Positions 17,197 to 26,891 are shown, counted from the stretch's first letter. The stretch: DNA of 64,000 nt from an uncultured Verrucomicrobiota bacterium (GCA_946533675.1 CAMNBZ010000013.1:2391-66390); one strand, 5' to 3'. The notes: generated by a model not told the origin, from the letters alone. Program-made: numbers and translations.

Positions 17197-17862
17197 ATGC
17201 AGACGATCCTACTCAATGGCTGGGCGGCGAGTCCCGATGCGTGGAGCCTGTGCGCGGCGGCAAAGGGCGCGTCGCTCTTCAGCTATCTCGACCAGCTCGA
17301 CGGCCGGCCCGAAGCCGCGCTCGCGGCCGCGCCGGACGGCGCGGCGCTCGTCGGCTGGTCGATGGGCGGCTCGGGCGCGCTGCGTCTCGCGTGCCGCTTT
17401 CCCGAGAAGATCCGGGGCCTCGTGCTCCTGGCCGCGACGCCGCGCATGATGGAGGAGAAGGAGACGGGCTGGCGCGGGATGTCGCCGCGCCGCCTGAAGG
17501 CGCTCGAATTCGGCCTGAAGGCGACGCACGGGGAAGGGTTCTTCGGCGTGCCGGACGGAAAGCCCAACCCGTACCGGATGGACAGCGACGCGAACCTCGC
17601 GCGCGGGCTCGACTACCTGCGCGCGACCGACCTGCGCGCCGCGCTGGAGCAGCTCGCGCGCACCGGCGCGCTGCGGCGGACGCCGGTCTTCATCTTCCAG
17701 TCGGAGCGCGACGGCATTGTGCGCGCGGAGAACGCCGCGTACCTGCAGCGCATCTTTCCCCACGCCGTCGTCGAGCTGATCCCCGGCGGCGAACACGCCC
17801 TGCCGATCCTGATCCCCGAAAAGATCGATGCGGCGGTGGCCGCGATCAGGAGCGGGCGATGA
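17197..17862 (+). CDS. Alpha/beta hydrolase (BioH-like)
   Basis: LLNGWA, nucleophile elbow GWSMGG, C-terminal GGEHALP. Confidence 0.75.
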   Translation: MQTILLNGWAASPDAWSLCAAAKGASLFSYLDQLDGRPEAALAAAPDGAALVGWSMGGSGALRLACRFPEKIRGLVLLAATPRMMEEKETGWRGMSPRRLKALEFGLKATHGEGFFGVPDGKPNPYRMDSDANLARGLDYLRATDLRAALEQLARTGALRRTPVFIFQSERDGIVRAENAAYLQRIFPHAVVELIPGGEHALPILIPEKIDAAVAAIRSGR

Positions 17863-19220
17863 ACGGTCTGACGCTCGCCAACGGCCATCTGCTCCTGCCG
17901 GACCGCACGGTCGTCACCGGCGACCTGGTCATCGCGGGCGACACGATCGCCGCCATCCGCCCGGCCGACCGCGGCAGAAGTGCCGCGGCGCCGGAATCGG
18001 GACCGGCCGACGGCACGACCGTCATCGACTGCCGCGACCGCCTGATCCTGCCCGGCCTCGTCAACTGCCACTGCCACGCGCCGATGACGCTCCTGCGCGG
18101 CGTGGGCGGCGGTCTGCCGCTCGACCGCTGGCTGCGCGAGGCCATCTTCCCGCGCGAGGCGCTGCTGACGGACGACGACGTCCATGCGGGCGCGGTGTGG
18201 GGCGCGCTGGAGATGCTCGCGGGCGGCACGACGTGCGTCGCCGACATGTACGAATGGCACTACCAGCACGCCTTTCTCGAAACGGGGATGCGCGCGCGCG
18301 TCACCACGGTCGGGCGCCTCGGCGCGCCGGGGCGGCTGCAGGACTGCCGCGCGGCGACGCGCGACTGGAACCGCTGGATGCGCGACGAGGTGAAGGGCGA
18401 CGTCTACATGGATCTCTGCATCCATTCGGAATACCTCACCGACGAGCGGTTCTGCCGCGAGCTGGCGGCCGCGAACCGCGAGCTGAAGCGGCGGCTCCAC
18501 GTGCACGTGAGCGAGACGCGGCGCGAGCACGACGAGTGCTTGACGCGCCACGGCAGGACGCCGATCGCCTATCTCGTCGACACGGGGCTGTTCGACTGCG
18601 GCGGCTACGCGGCGCATGGCGTGTGGTGCACCGACGACGACTTCCGCCTCATGGCCGAGCGCGACATCTCGCTCGTCCACAACCCGACGAGCAACCTGAA
18701 GCTCGGCAGCGGCATCGCGCGCATCGTGCGCGCGCGCGAGCTGGGCGTGAACGTCGCGCTCGGCACCGACGGCCCCGCCTCGAACGACAACCTCGATATG
18801 TTCGAGGAGATGCACCTCGCCTCGCTCCTCCACAAGGGCGTCGCGCACGATCCGACGGTGCTGACGCCGTGGGAGGTGATCGAGATGGCGACGGTGAACG
18901 GCGCGCGGGCGCTGGGGCGCGACGACATCGGCGCGCTGGCCGTCGGCCGGAAGGCGGACCTTTGCGTCGTCGATCTCGACCGGCTGCACCTGACGCCCGC
19001 CGACGACCTCGCCAATCTCGTCGTCCACGCGATGCACGCGGGCGACGTCGTCCAGACGATGGTCGGCGGCCGGTTCGTCTACGACCGCACGCACGGCGAC
19101 GCGCCGGCGGTCGCGTTCGACGGCTGCCCCGTCGCCGCCGCGGCGAAGGCGGAGCTCCTGGCCGCCGTGAAACGGATTTCCGACAAGCAACAGCAACTCA
19201 ACAACACGACAAAAAACTAA
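17859..19220 (+). CDS. mtaD: Amidohydrolase, MTA/SAH deaminase-like
   Basis: PGLVNCHCHAPM (HxH), HVHVSET, HNPTSNLKLGSG, LGTDGPASNDNLDMFEEM; adjacent to the nucleosidase. Confidence 0.75.
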   Translation: MNGLTLANGHLLLPDRTVVTGDLVIAGDTIAAIRPADRGRSAAAPESGPADGTTVIDCRDRLILPGLVNCHCHAPMTLLRGVGGGLPLDRWLREAIFPREALLTDDDVHAGAVWGALEMLAGGTTCVADMYEWHYQHAFLETGMRARVTTVGRLGAPGRLQDCRAATRDWNRWMRDEVKGDVYMDLCIHSEYLTDERFCRELAAANRELKRRLHVHVSETRREHDECLTRHGRTPIAYLVDTGLFDCGGYAAHGVWCTDDDFRLMAERDISLVHNPTSNLKLGSGIARIVRARELGVNVALGTDGPASNDNLDMFEEMHLASLLHKGVAHDPTVLTPWEVIEMATVNGARALGRDDIGALAVGRKADLCVVDLDRLHLTPADDLANLVVHAMHAGDVVQTMVGGRFVYDRTHGDAPAVAFDGCPVAAAAKAELLAAVKRISDKQQQLNNTTKN

Positions 19221-19224
19221 ACTG

Positions 19225-19872
19225 ATGAAAGCCTTTCTGATTGCGATGGACAACGAGGCCAAGTGCCTCACGGACAACCTGACGAACATGACCGAGGAGC
19301 GCCGCTTCGGCCGGCGCGTCGTGCGCGGCGAACTGAACGGCGAGGCCGTGCTGCTCGTCGTCTCGGGCATCGGCAAGGCGAACGCGGCGGCGGCGACGCA
19401 GATGGCGATCGAGCGGGGCGCGGACGTCGTCATCAACGTCGGCGTCGCGGGCGGCCTCGACGCGGCGATCGACGTCGGCGACATCTACGAGATCGACAGC
19501 GCCGTGCAGTACGACTTCGACCTCACGGCCGTGAACGGCACGATGGTCGGCACGCTGGACGAGTACGACACGCCCTACATTCCCCTCGAACCGACCGGCC
19601 GGCTGCCGCTGCACCAGATCGGCACGGGCGACCGCTTCAACGATTCGGACGCGGACAACGACCTGCTGGCGCAGCTCGGCGTGACGCTGCGCGACATGGA
19701 GTGCGCGGCGGTCGCGCACGTCTGCCGCACGGCGGGCGTGCGGTGCGTCGCCTTCAAGTGCGTCACCGACGTGCGCGGCAAGGGCGCGATGACGGGCCAG
19801 TACGTGGACAACCTCAAGCGGTGCCTCGCGAAGCTCACCGCCGAGCTGCCCGCGCTCGTCGCGGGCCTGTGA
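19225..19872 (+). CDS. mtnN: 5'-methylthioadenosine/SAH nucleosidase
   Basis: IAMDNE, SGIGKANAA, INVGVAGG, GTGDRF, DMECAAVAHVC, KCVTD. Confidence 0.85.
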   Translation: MKAFLIAMDNEAKCLTDNLTNMTEERRFGRRVVRGELNGEAVLLVVSGIGKANAAAATQMAIERGADVVINVGVAGGLDAAIDVGDIYEIDSAVQYDFDLTAVNGTMVGTLDEYDTPYIPLEPTGRLPLHQIGTGDRFNDSDADNDLLAQLGVTLRDMECAAVAHVCRTAGVRCVAFKCVTDVRGKGAMTGQYVDNLKRCLAKLTAELPALVAGL

Positions 19873-19891
19873 GGACGCGGAGGCGCGCGCC

Positions 19892-21220
19892 ATGTTCGAG
19901 ACCCGGGGCTACATGCTGGACATCAGCCGCGACCGCGTGCCGACGCTGCGGACGCTGCGGCTCATCGTCGACATTCTCGCGCGCTACCGCTACAACCAGT
20001 TCCAGCTCTACACCGAGCACACGTTCGCCTACGCGGGGCACGAGGCGGTCTGGGAGGAGGCCGACCCGCTGACGGCGGCCGAGATCAAAAAGCTCCAGGC
20101 GTACTGCGAGATGCAGGGGCTCGCGCTCGTCCCGAACCAGAATTCGTTCGGGCACATGGAGCGGTGGCTGACGCACCCGAAGTACAACGCGCTCGCGAAG
20201 TTCCCGAAGGGCGGCGCGATGACGCCGTGGGGGACGATCAAGAAGTTCCCCACGACGCTTGATCCGGCGAACCCCGGCTCGCTCGCGCTGATCGAAGACC
20301 TCTTCGCGCAGCTGCTGCCGAACTTCGACGCGCCGCTCGTCAACATCGGCTGCGACGAGACGTTCGAGATCGCGGACAAGGAGGAGTATCTCGCCTTTCT
20401 CCTCAAGGTCGCGGACGTGGCGCGGCGGCACAGGAAGCGGCCGATGTTCTGGGGCGACATCATTCTGAAGCACCCCGAGCTGATCGCGCGGCTGCCGAAG
20501 GACCTGATCGCGCTCGACTGGGGCTACGAGGCGGACCATCCGTTCGCGCGCGAGGCGGCGGCGTTCGCGGCGTCGGGGCTCGACTTCTACGTCTGTCCCG
20601 GCACGTCGGCGTGGCGCTCGCTCGCCGGGCGCGTCGAGAACATGCGCGAGAATCTCCAGGCGGCGGAGAAGGCGGGGCGCGAATGCGGCGCGAAGGGGTA
20701 TCTGCTGACCGACTGGGGCGACGAGGGGCACTGGCAGCCGCTCGCGGCGTCGCTGCCCGGCATCATCCTCGCGGGCAATTTCGCGGCGTCGGGCCCGAAG
20801 TCCGCGAACATGGACCTGGAGCGCGAGCTCGATTCGGTGATGGACGCGCCGCTCGGCGGCTACCTGCTGAAGCTGGGCACGCTCTACCTGCGCGGCGGCG
20901 CGCTGCGGGCGAATGCGTCGGAGCTCTTCAACATCCTGCGCGAGGGCGTGGGCTATTCGCGCCATCCGGGGCTGACCGATTCGATCCTGAACGAGATCAG
21001 CGGCGTGGCGGCGGGCGTGCGGATCGCGGCGGAGCGGTGGACGGACCGCAACGACTGGGCGAAGGAGATCGTCTACATGGCGAACCTGATCGACTGCGCG
21101 TGCCACCGCCGCGACGAAGGGCGGCTGCGGGCGCTCCGCGACGAGCACGGGCGCATCTGGCGTCTGCGTTCACGCGAGGGCGGCCGCATCGATTCGCTCG
21201 CCAAGCTCCCGCGCTTCTGA
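19892..21220 (+). CDS. GH20-like glycoside hydrolase (hexosaminidase-type)
   Basis: RGYMLDISRDRVP, VPNQNSFGHME, NIGCDET, TDWGDEGH. Confidence 0.75.
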   Translation: MFETRGYMLDISRDRVPTLRTLRLIVDILARYRYNQFQLYTEHTFAYAGHEAVWEEADPLTAAEIKKLQAYCEMQGLALVPNQNSFGHMERWLTHPKYNALAKFPKGGAMTPWGTIKKFPTTLDPANPGSLALIEDLFAQLLPNFDAPLVNIGCDETFEIADKEEYLAFLLKVADVARRHRKRPMFWGDIILKHPELIARLPKDLIALDWGYEADHPFAREAAAFAASGLDFYVCPGTSAWRSLAGRVENMRENLQAAEKAGRECGAKGYLLTDWGDEGHWQPLAASLPGIILAGNFAASGPKSANMDLERELDSVMDAPLGGYLLKLGTLYLRGGALRANASELFNILREGVGYSRHPGLTDSILNEISGVAAGVRIAAERWTDRNDWAKEIVYMANLIDCACHRRDEGRLRALRDEHGRIWRLRSREGGRIDSLAKLPRF

Positions 21221-21262
21221 GCGCGCACGTGCGCGGCGGCGGGGAACGGCCCCCAGGCGGCG

Positions 21263-21275
21263 GGGGACAGACCCC
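21263..21275 (-). repeat. Isolated GGGGTCTGTCCCC copy
   Basis: GGGGACAGACCCC upstream of the ECF sigma promoter. Confidence 0.8.
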
Positions 21276-21296
21276 AGATTGTTTTTAAATTTTCTT

Positions 21297-21322
21297 GAAA
21301 TTTTTTCGCGCGGATTTCGTTT
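21297..21322 (+). promoter_or_regulatory. Putative ECF-type promoter (copy 1 of 3)
   Basis: GAAATT-N15-CGTTT within GAAATTTTTTCGCGCGGATTTCGTTT; same motif and spacing at 24247 and 26242. Confidence 0.55.
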
Positions 21323-21387
21323 ATTACGGTTGAAGGGCGTGGAGTGCCGTCGTGACACGCGGCAGCGCCTGAATGGAGCGAATAACT

Positions 21388-22008
21388 ATGCAGCCCGTCC
21401 TGTCACGGCCGAAAATTTCGTTTGCCCGCACGCGGCAGACGCTTCTCGAGCGTCTCGCCCGCGATCTGTCGCCCGACGGCGAGGCGGCGTGGATGCAGTT
21501 TTTCGAGCTGTACCACCCCGTGATGCTGAAATATGCCGAACTTTACTGCAGCCCGTCGTCTGCCGAGGATATTGTCCAGGACGTGTTCGTCAAACTCGTC
21601 GCCGCGCTGCGCGAGCGGCGCTACGTGCCGCGGCCGGGCGTGAAGTTCAGGACCTATCTCATGACGCTCATCCGGAACGGGTTCGTCGACTGGCGCCGGC
21701 ATGAGCGCGCGCACGGCGCGGACGGCCGCGTGCCCGTCCGCGCGGCGGACGCCGTGACGGCCGTCACCGCGGCCGACCGCCTGGATGCCGAATGGCGCGT
21801 CGCGCGCCGGTTCGCGGCGACCGAGCACGTCCTGTCGCAGACCGCGCTGCCGGACCGGATGCGCCAGGCCTACTGGCTGCACGTGATCGAGGGGCGTCCG
21901 GTCGGCGCGGTGGCGGCGGCGCTCGGCATCCGGAAAAACTACGTGAGTCTGGCCAAGTCGCGCATTTCACGGCGGATCGCCTCGGTCGAGGCGCTTTACG
22001 GAGACTGA
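21388..22008 (+). CDS. ECF sigma factor (kinase-associated type)
   Basis: TRQTLLERL, AEDIVQDVFVKLV, KFRTYLMTLIRN, region 4 VYVSLAKSRI-like; directly upstream of the Ser/Thr kinase; GGAG RBS supports 21388. Confidence 0.85.
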   Translation: MQPVLSRPKISFARTRQTLLERLARDLSPDGEAAWMQFFELYHPVMLKYAELYCSPSSAEDIVQDVFVKLVAALRERRYVPRPGVKFRTYLMTLIRNGFVDWRRHERAHGADGRVPVRAADAVTAVTAADRLDAEWRVARRFAATEHVLSQTALPDRMRQAYWLHVIEGRPVGAVAAALGIRKNYVSLAKSRISRRIASVEALYGD

Positions 22009-22024
22009 CAACGGGAGGTTGACA

Positions 22025-24229
22025 ATGGAAGAAGATCTCAAGGCGGGAACGGTTCTGGGCGGCTATCGCATCATCCGCAGCCTCGGCAGCGGCGGCATGG
22101 GGCGCGTGTACGAGGCGGAGCACCTCGCGCTCGGCGTGCGGCGCGCGCTCAAGGTGTTTTCCGCGCGCACGCGTCCGGCGGAGGAGCTCGCGGCCGGTTT
22201 CGTGGCGGAAGGGCGGGTTCTCGCGAATCTGGCGCACGACCGGGTGGTGCGGATCCACGACCTGGCGGTGGACGGCGAGACGGGCCTTTCGTATTTCGCG
22301 ATGGACCTGGTGCTGTCGCCGGACGGAACGCCCCGGACGCTGGAGGACGCGCGCCGGCGCGGGCTGGACGAAGCGCGCGCGGCGGGCTGGTTCGCCGACA
22401 TCTGCGAAGCGCTGGACTACATCCATGCGCGCGGCATCGTCCACTGCGACCTGAAGCTGGAGAATCTGCTGATCGGGCCCGACGGGCGCGTCGTCATCTC
22501 CGACTTCGGCATCTCGCGCATTTTCGAGGGCGATCTGCGCGAACGGGTGCGGCAGCCGGTCGCGTCGCCCGCGGCGATCGGCCGGCTCGCGGGCGGCACG
22601 CCGCGCTACATCGCGCCGGAGCTGCTGGCGGCGTCGGGCGCCGAGCCGGGCCCCGCATCGGACGCCTGGTCGCTCGGCGTGCTGACGTTCCGGCTGCTGA
22701 CCGGCTTCTGGTTCGACGATGCGCCGCGGGCGAAGAGTCTCGCGCTGCTTGACGAATTCGACCTGCCGTGGCGCGCGGTCGTGGCGGGGCTCTGCGCGGC
22801 CGACCCCAAGGCGCGCCTCGTAAACGGCGGGCTGCGCGGCTGGGCGACACGCCTGTCGACGGACGGCCCGCGCCGGCGCGGCCTCCTCGCCGCCGGCGGC
22901 CTCCTCGCCGCCGCCGCGCTGGCGCTGGCGGCCGGGGCGCTCTTCCGGGGGCTGCGCGCGGACTCGCCCGTCGCCTGCGCGCTGCGTCCCGACGCGCCGA
23001 ACTGGAGCGACTGGCGCGCCGGGCGGTTTGCGCGTCTGGACGCGACGCTGCTCGACGGCCGGGCGAAGGAGGACGGCGACCTCGCGTTCGTGCTGGGGCT
23101 ATCCGTGGAGCGCCGCGCCTCCTACCTTTCCTACGGGAAGCGCTGGCGGGACGGCCTGCTGGAGAAGATGGACGCCCTGATCGCCGCAGAGGCCGCGACG
23201 GAAGGCGCGACGGGGCTCAGTCCCGCGCAGGCGTTCGTCGTCGCGGGCGAGATTCACCGCGTGCGGCGTGCGCAGGCGCCGTATTACGCGGAGTTTCCCG
23301 ACGAGATCGACCGCCTGCTGCTGCTGGCGAAGCGTTTCATCGCCGACGCCACGAAACGCCAGCTTCATCCCGAGAAGCGCTATATGGTGATCGATCCCGA
23401 ATGGGTGTATGAAATCATCGAGGACGAGCTGCCGTTCGGGCGGCTGGACGGCCGGCGCGTCGGCGCGGGCGACACGGAGTTTCAACGCACGGCGGACGTC
23501 TGGATCATGCGCATGATCCGCGGCGCGACGCTGGCGGCGGAGGCGTCCCGCGCGCTGGCCGGACGCGGCGCAAACGCGCCGGCCGAGGCGCGTGCGGCGC
23601 ACGAGGAGAAGTGCGCGCTCGCGCGGCGGAACTTCTACGAGGCGTATGCGATGAAGCCGCAACGGTACGCGGCCGCGATGCGGATGATCGGCGTGTCGCA
23701 CGACGACATCCCGGAATGCCGCCGCTGGTTCGAGACCTGCCAGGCATTCAGCTTCGACGACTTCTGCGTCTGGATGAACTACGCGCACTGCCTCGCGCTG
23801 GCCGACGGCGGACGCGCGCGGCTGGAGCGCCTGCTGGACGCCGCGTTCGAGACGGGGCGCTACGATACATGGGTTCCGGCGTTCTATGTGCTCGTCCGCT
23901 GGCGGATCTATGCGAAATACTGCGGGCCGGAACGTCCGCTCGGCGCGGACGCGCGCGCCTGGGCGTACGAAGACGAGGCGGTGCGCGCGCGGTCGCTGGA
24001 CGTCATCCGGAAGTATCAGGCGAGCGAGATTTTCGCGCGTGCGCCGGACATGCGCCGCCGGGCGGTGACGGCGGTTTTCGCCGTCGTGGCGCTGCTGTGC
24101 GGCGACGAGGCGCTGGCGGACGAACTCGCGGCGACGATTCCGGCGGAAGACCTCAAGGCGGTCGTCAGCGAAGCCGCCGCGAAAGGCACGTCGCTTTACC
24201 GGCGTCTCGTGCGTCGAAACGGCGATTAA
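22025..24229 (+). CDS. Membrane-anchored Ser/Thr protein kinase
   Basis: LGSGGMGRVY, ALKVF, HCDLKLENLL, DFG, YIAPE; hydrophobic segment then a C-terminal domain of unknown function. Confidence 0.9.
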   Translation: MEEDLKAGTVLGGYRIIRSLGSGGMGRVYEAEHLALGVRRALKVFSARTRPAEELAAGFVAEGRVLANLAHDRVVRIHDLAVDGETGLSYFAMDLVLSPDGTPRTLEDARRRGLDEARAAGWFADICEALDYIHARGIVHCDLKLENLLIGPDGRVVISDFGISRIFEGDLRERVRQPVASPAAIGRLAGGTPRYIAPELLAASGAEPGPASDAWSLGVLTFRLLTGFWFDDAPRAKSLALLDEFDLPWRAVVAGLCAADPKARLVNGGLRGWATRLSTDGPRRRGLLAAGGLLAAAALALAAGALFRGLRADSPVACALRPDAPNWSDWRAGRFARLDATLLDGRAKEDGDLAFVLGLSVERRASYLSYGKRWRDGLLEKMDALIAAEAATEGATGLSPAQAFVVAGEIHRVRRAQAPYYAEFPDEIDRLLLLAKRFIADATKRQLHPEKRYMVIDPEWVYEIIEDELPFGRLDGRRVGAGDTEFQRTADVWIMRMIRGATLAAEASRALAGRGANAPAEARAAHEEKCALARRNFYEAYAMKPQRYAAAMRMIGVSHDDIPECRRWFETCQAFSFDDFCVWMNYAHCLALADGGRARLERLLDAAFETGRYDTWVPAFYVLVRWRIYAKYCGPERPLGADARAWAYEDEAVRARSLDVIRKYQASEIFARAPDMRRRAVTAVFAVVALLCGDEALADELAATIPAEDLKAVVSEAAAKGTSLYRRLVRRNGD

Positions 24230-24246
24230 AAAATAAATTTTTTCGT

Positions 24247-24616
24247 GAAATTTTTTCGCGCGATTTTCGTTTGTTAGGATTGAAGGGGGAAATAGGGCCT
24301 TCTTCCGCCGTGGCGCGGCGCCGGCGCGCTTGACAGCAAACGAAGATAAATGATAAGATAAAGGCAGAAAATGAAACTTGCGTGCGATGTCAATGTTGGT
24401 TGGGGTCTGTCCCCGCAAGGTTGGGCATCAGACTTCGGACTTCAGACTCCCAAGTTGAGGTCGAAGGGGAGGGCGTTGCAGTTTCGAAGTCTGAAGTCAG
24501 ATGTCCGAAGTCCTTCTCCCCAATTTGCGGGGACAGACCCCAGCTGAAAAGGCGATAATGTGTCAGAAAGGAGATTGAATGATGCAAAATGTAAATGTTG
24601 GTTGGGGTCTCTCCCC
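24247..24616 (+). repeat. Array unit A leader scaffold (promoters, REP hairpin, RBS/ATG head)
   Basis: Near-identical to 26242-26611 (offset 1995); TTGACA 24330-24335 / TGaTAAGAT to 24359; 18-bp perfect inverted repeat 24401-24418 / 24525-24542; ends in GGGGTCTCTCCCC 24604-24616. Confidence 0.92.
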
Positions 24617-25577
24617 AATTTTTAAACGCAATCTTTCGATTTTAGTGCTGATAGTCGCTTGCTTGGTGAGACTTCCCTTGAGCGCGATTGAAGGACAATC
24701 TGAGGCGCTTAGCATATTAGCTCCGTTTCATGGTTTTTGCCCTAGGTTGGCGCAGGCTTTAAGTGGTAATAATGTTGAAGAACTTGTAGCGCTTACAGCC
24801 CCAATGTTCAGGGTTGCGCTGACAAATGATCTAAATAAGTTCAAATTGAGATTCGAAGGTTTGCGCGGGACAGATATTTTTTGTTCGGTTGTACCAAGGC
24901 AGGTGCTTTATTCTAAAGCAGATAATGATGTGATAGAATCTTTTATGGAAGAGGGCATAAAAGATATTGTGCCTATCCGCATAGTCAGCTTAAGTAAAAA
25001 ACAACAGAATGTACCATCGGTTGATACGATTTATGTTAATACCGTGTTGCAGAATAGCGGACAGCCGATGATTATCGGGCGATTCATCATAGGCGGGCCA
25101 GTCACGCCGGATGATGTCAACAGAGATATTCAGGCGCTAAGGGATGGCTGTTTGGATGTTGATGATTCCATCATCTTTCGACGTGATCGGCTATTTGTTA
25201 GCGATGGGGAGTATGCGTGGAATCTTGCCAGTAAGATTAAAGACATACTTTCTGATAAGAATCAAGCGCGGTCTCTTTCCTCCAGAATTTCTGTAAACGC
25301 TGATTTGCGATCTACAGTTGAAGAAATTGAGAGGTTGTCAACATACAGGATTAGGGCGGTCATTCCATTCTGCTCAGATTCACAATATACACGAAATAAG
25401 GTAGATGCAAGGGATGGTGATGTCCATGCATATTCGTTCGCGGTATATGCAGAAGAATTGCCGATAAAGGAAATTGGGTTTATTCATGTTGTTATTGGTC
25501 GTGATTTAAGTTTTCGCATTATAAATGTTGAAGAATACGGCCGTTTTTACCGTATGCGTTCATGTGACGGGGGGTGA
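24579..25577 (+). CDS. Low-GC cargo ORF A, hypothetical, possibly secreted (332 aa)
   Basis: AAAGGAG RBS; first residues MMQNVNVGWGLSP are encoded by the repeat motif and followed by signal-peptide-like KRNLSILVLIVACLVRLPLSA; visibly AT-rich. Confidence 0.7.
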   Translation: MMQNVNVGWGLSPIFKRNLSILVLIVACLVRLPLSAIEGQSEALSILAPFHGFCPRLAQALSGNNVEELVALTAPMFRVALTNDLNKFKLRFEGLRGTDIFCSVVPRQVLYSKADNDVIESFMEEGIKDIVPIRIVSLSKKQQNVPSVDTIYVNTVLQNSGQPMIIGRFIIGGPVTPDDVNRDIQALRDGCLDVDDSIIFRRDRLFVSDGEYAWNLASKIKDILSDKNQARSLSSRISVNADLRSTVEEIERLSTYRIRAVIPFCSDSQYTRNKVDARDGDVHAYSFAVYAEELPIKEIGFIHVVIGRDLSFRIINVEEYGRFYRMRSCDGG

Positions 25578-25708
25578 AAGGGTCAGCAACTGTAAATTTC
25601 ATGAGAAATTTTCGGGCATTGTCTAAGGGTGTCGAATTCCATCCTTGCGCGTCAGAGGGGTGCGAGGGTCAAACCCTTGTGAAACGGTCGAAGTGATACG
25701 GTCAAAGT

Positions 25709-26220
25709 AGTTTTGATAGACTGCTAGCCCTGATGAATCTGCGCGAGAATATGTCTGGAAGATGCCGCCGAGCCCGTCGGTCGGCACGTCAGCCATTTGT
25801 GCGCCATAATCCGGCGGGCCCGAACACGCATGTCCGTGATCGTGAACACGCATGTCCGCGTTCGTGAATACGCATGTTCGCGATTGTGAATACGCATGTT
25901 CGTGATTACGGGCGCGGTTCCCCTGTTTTTAATTAACTCCGAGCAGCTGGGCTTTCGTTACCACTTCGCGCAATTCGTTCTGCTTCGCATGTGAAATTGT
26001 TCTGTAGCTGATGAGAAATGTCTATTTGTGGCTGGAGGAGGTTTCCTTCCGACCACCTCGTGTCTGAAGGCGGGTCGTCTTACCTGCCGAAGGCAGCCTC
26101 TAAAGATGCTGACCCAACCTGAACAGCCGTTGAAAAACGCGAAGCGGCGGAGCGGTCGCGGGAGCCTAAACGCTCGGAGTTGATAAATGTCAATGTTGGC
26201 CGGGGTCCCACCGCAATTTT
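25709..26220 (+). repeat. Array unit A tail scaffold
   Basis: Near-identical to 27411-27945; contains four 22-bp repeats (25820-25907); ends in ATGTCAATGTTGGCCGGGGTCCCACCGCAATTTT. Confidence 0.92.
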
Positions 26221-26241
26221 CGAGAAGTCTAGATTTTCCTT

Positions 26242-26611
26242 GAAATCTTTTCGCGCGGTTTTCGTTTGTTAGGATTGAAGGGGGCGGCAGGGCCTTCTTC
26301 CGCCGTGGCGCGGCGCCCGCGCGCTTGACAGCAAACGAAGATAAATGATAAGATAAAGGCAGAAAATGAAACTTGCGTGCGATGTCAATGTTGGTTGGGG
26401 TCTGTCCCCGCAAGGTTGGGCATCAGACTTCGGACTTCAGACTCCCAAGTTGAGGTCGAAGGGGAGGGCGTTGCAGTTTCGAAGTCTGAAGTCAGATGTC
26501 CGAAGTCCTTCTCCCCAATTTGCGGGGACAGACCCCAGCTGAAAAGGCGATAATGCGTCAGAAAGGAGCCTAAACAATGAAAAATGTAAATGTCGGTTGG
26601 GGTCTCTCCCC
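26242..26611 (+). repeat. Array unit B leader scaffold
   Basis: TTGACA 26325-26330; REP pair 26397-26409 / 26524-26536; head ATG 26577 (MKNVNVGWGLSP); GGGGTCTCTCCCC 26599-26611. Confidence 0.92.
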
Positions 26612-26853
26612 TATTTTCCGAATGTTGGAATCCATCTTATTGTTTTGACGTTGAGCCTCAATGCCCAGATGGTTGGTGCCCTTCTGGCGCGAAACCATTT
26701 TTAACTGATGGACTAGGGAAACTATCTAATACTAACCCAGCGTGGAATTTCAGTACGAATGGACTGCATTCCAATTGTTTTGAGATGCAAACTCGTGAGT
26801 GGATTTTGGGCGTCCAAGCATACCTTGGTCGTTGGTGCACAAAATGTGAATAG
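26590..26853 (+). CDS. Cys-rich low-GC ORF (87 aa), possibly a truncated 3' gene fragment
   Basis: The only start is an ATG inside the repeat motif; six Cys; ends RWCTKCE. Confidence 0.35.
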   Translation: MSVGVSPLFSECWNPSYCFDVEPQCPDGWCPSGAKPFLTDGLGKLSNTNPAWNFSTNGLHSNCFEMQTREWILGVQAYLGRWCTKCE

Positions 26854-26891
26854 ACAATCGATCAAATCTTACTTGCAGCTTTGAGTTTATT

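Noticed and set aside
25820-25907. Verrucomicrobial LexA boxes in the 22-mers
   Set aside because: Half-sites resemble the TGTTC-N4-GAACA box I recall, but here they are arranged GAACA-N4-TGTTC or TGTTC-N8-GAAYA, so orientation/spacing do not match
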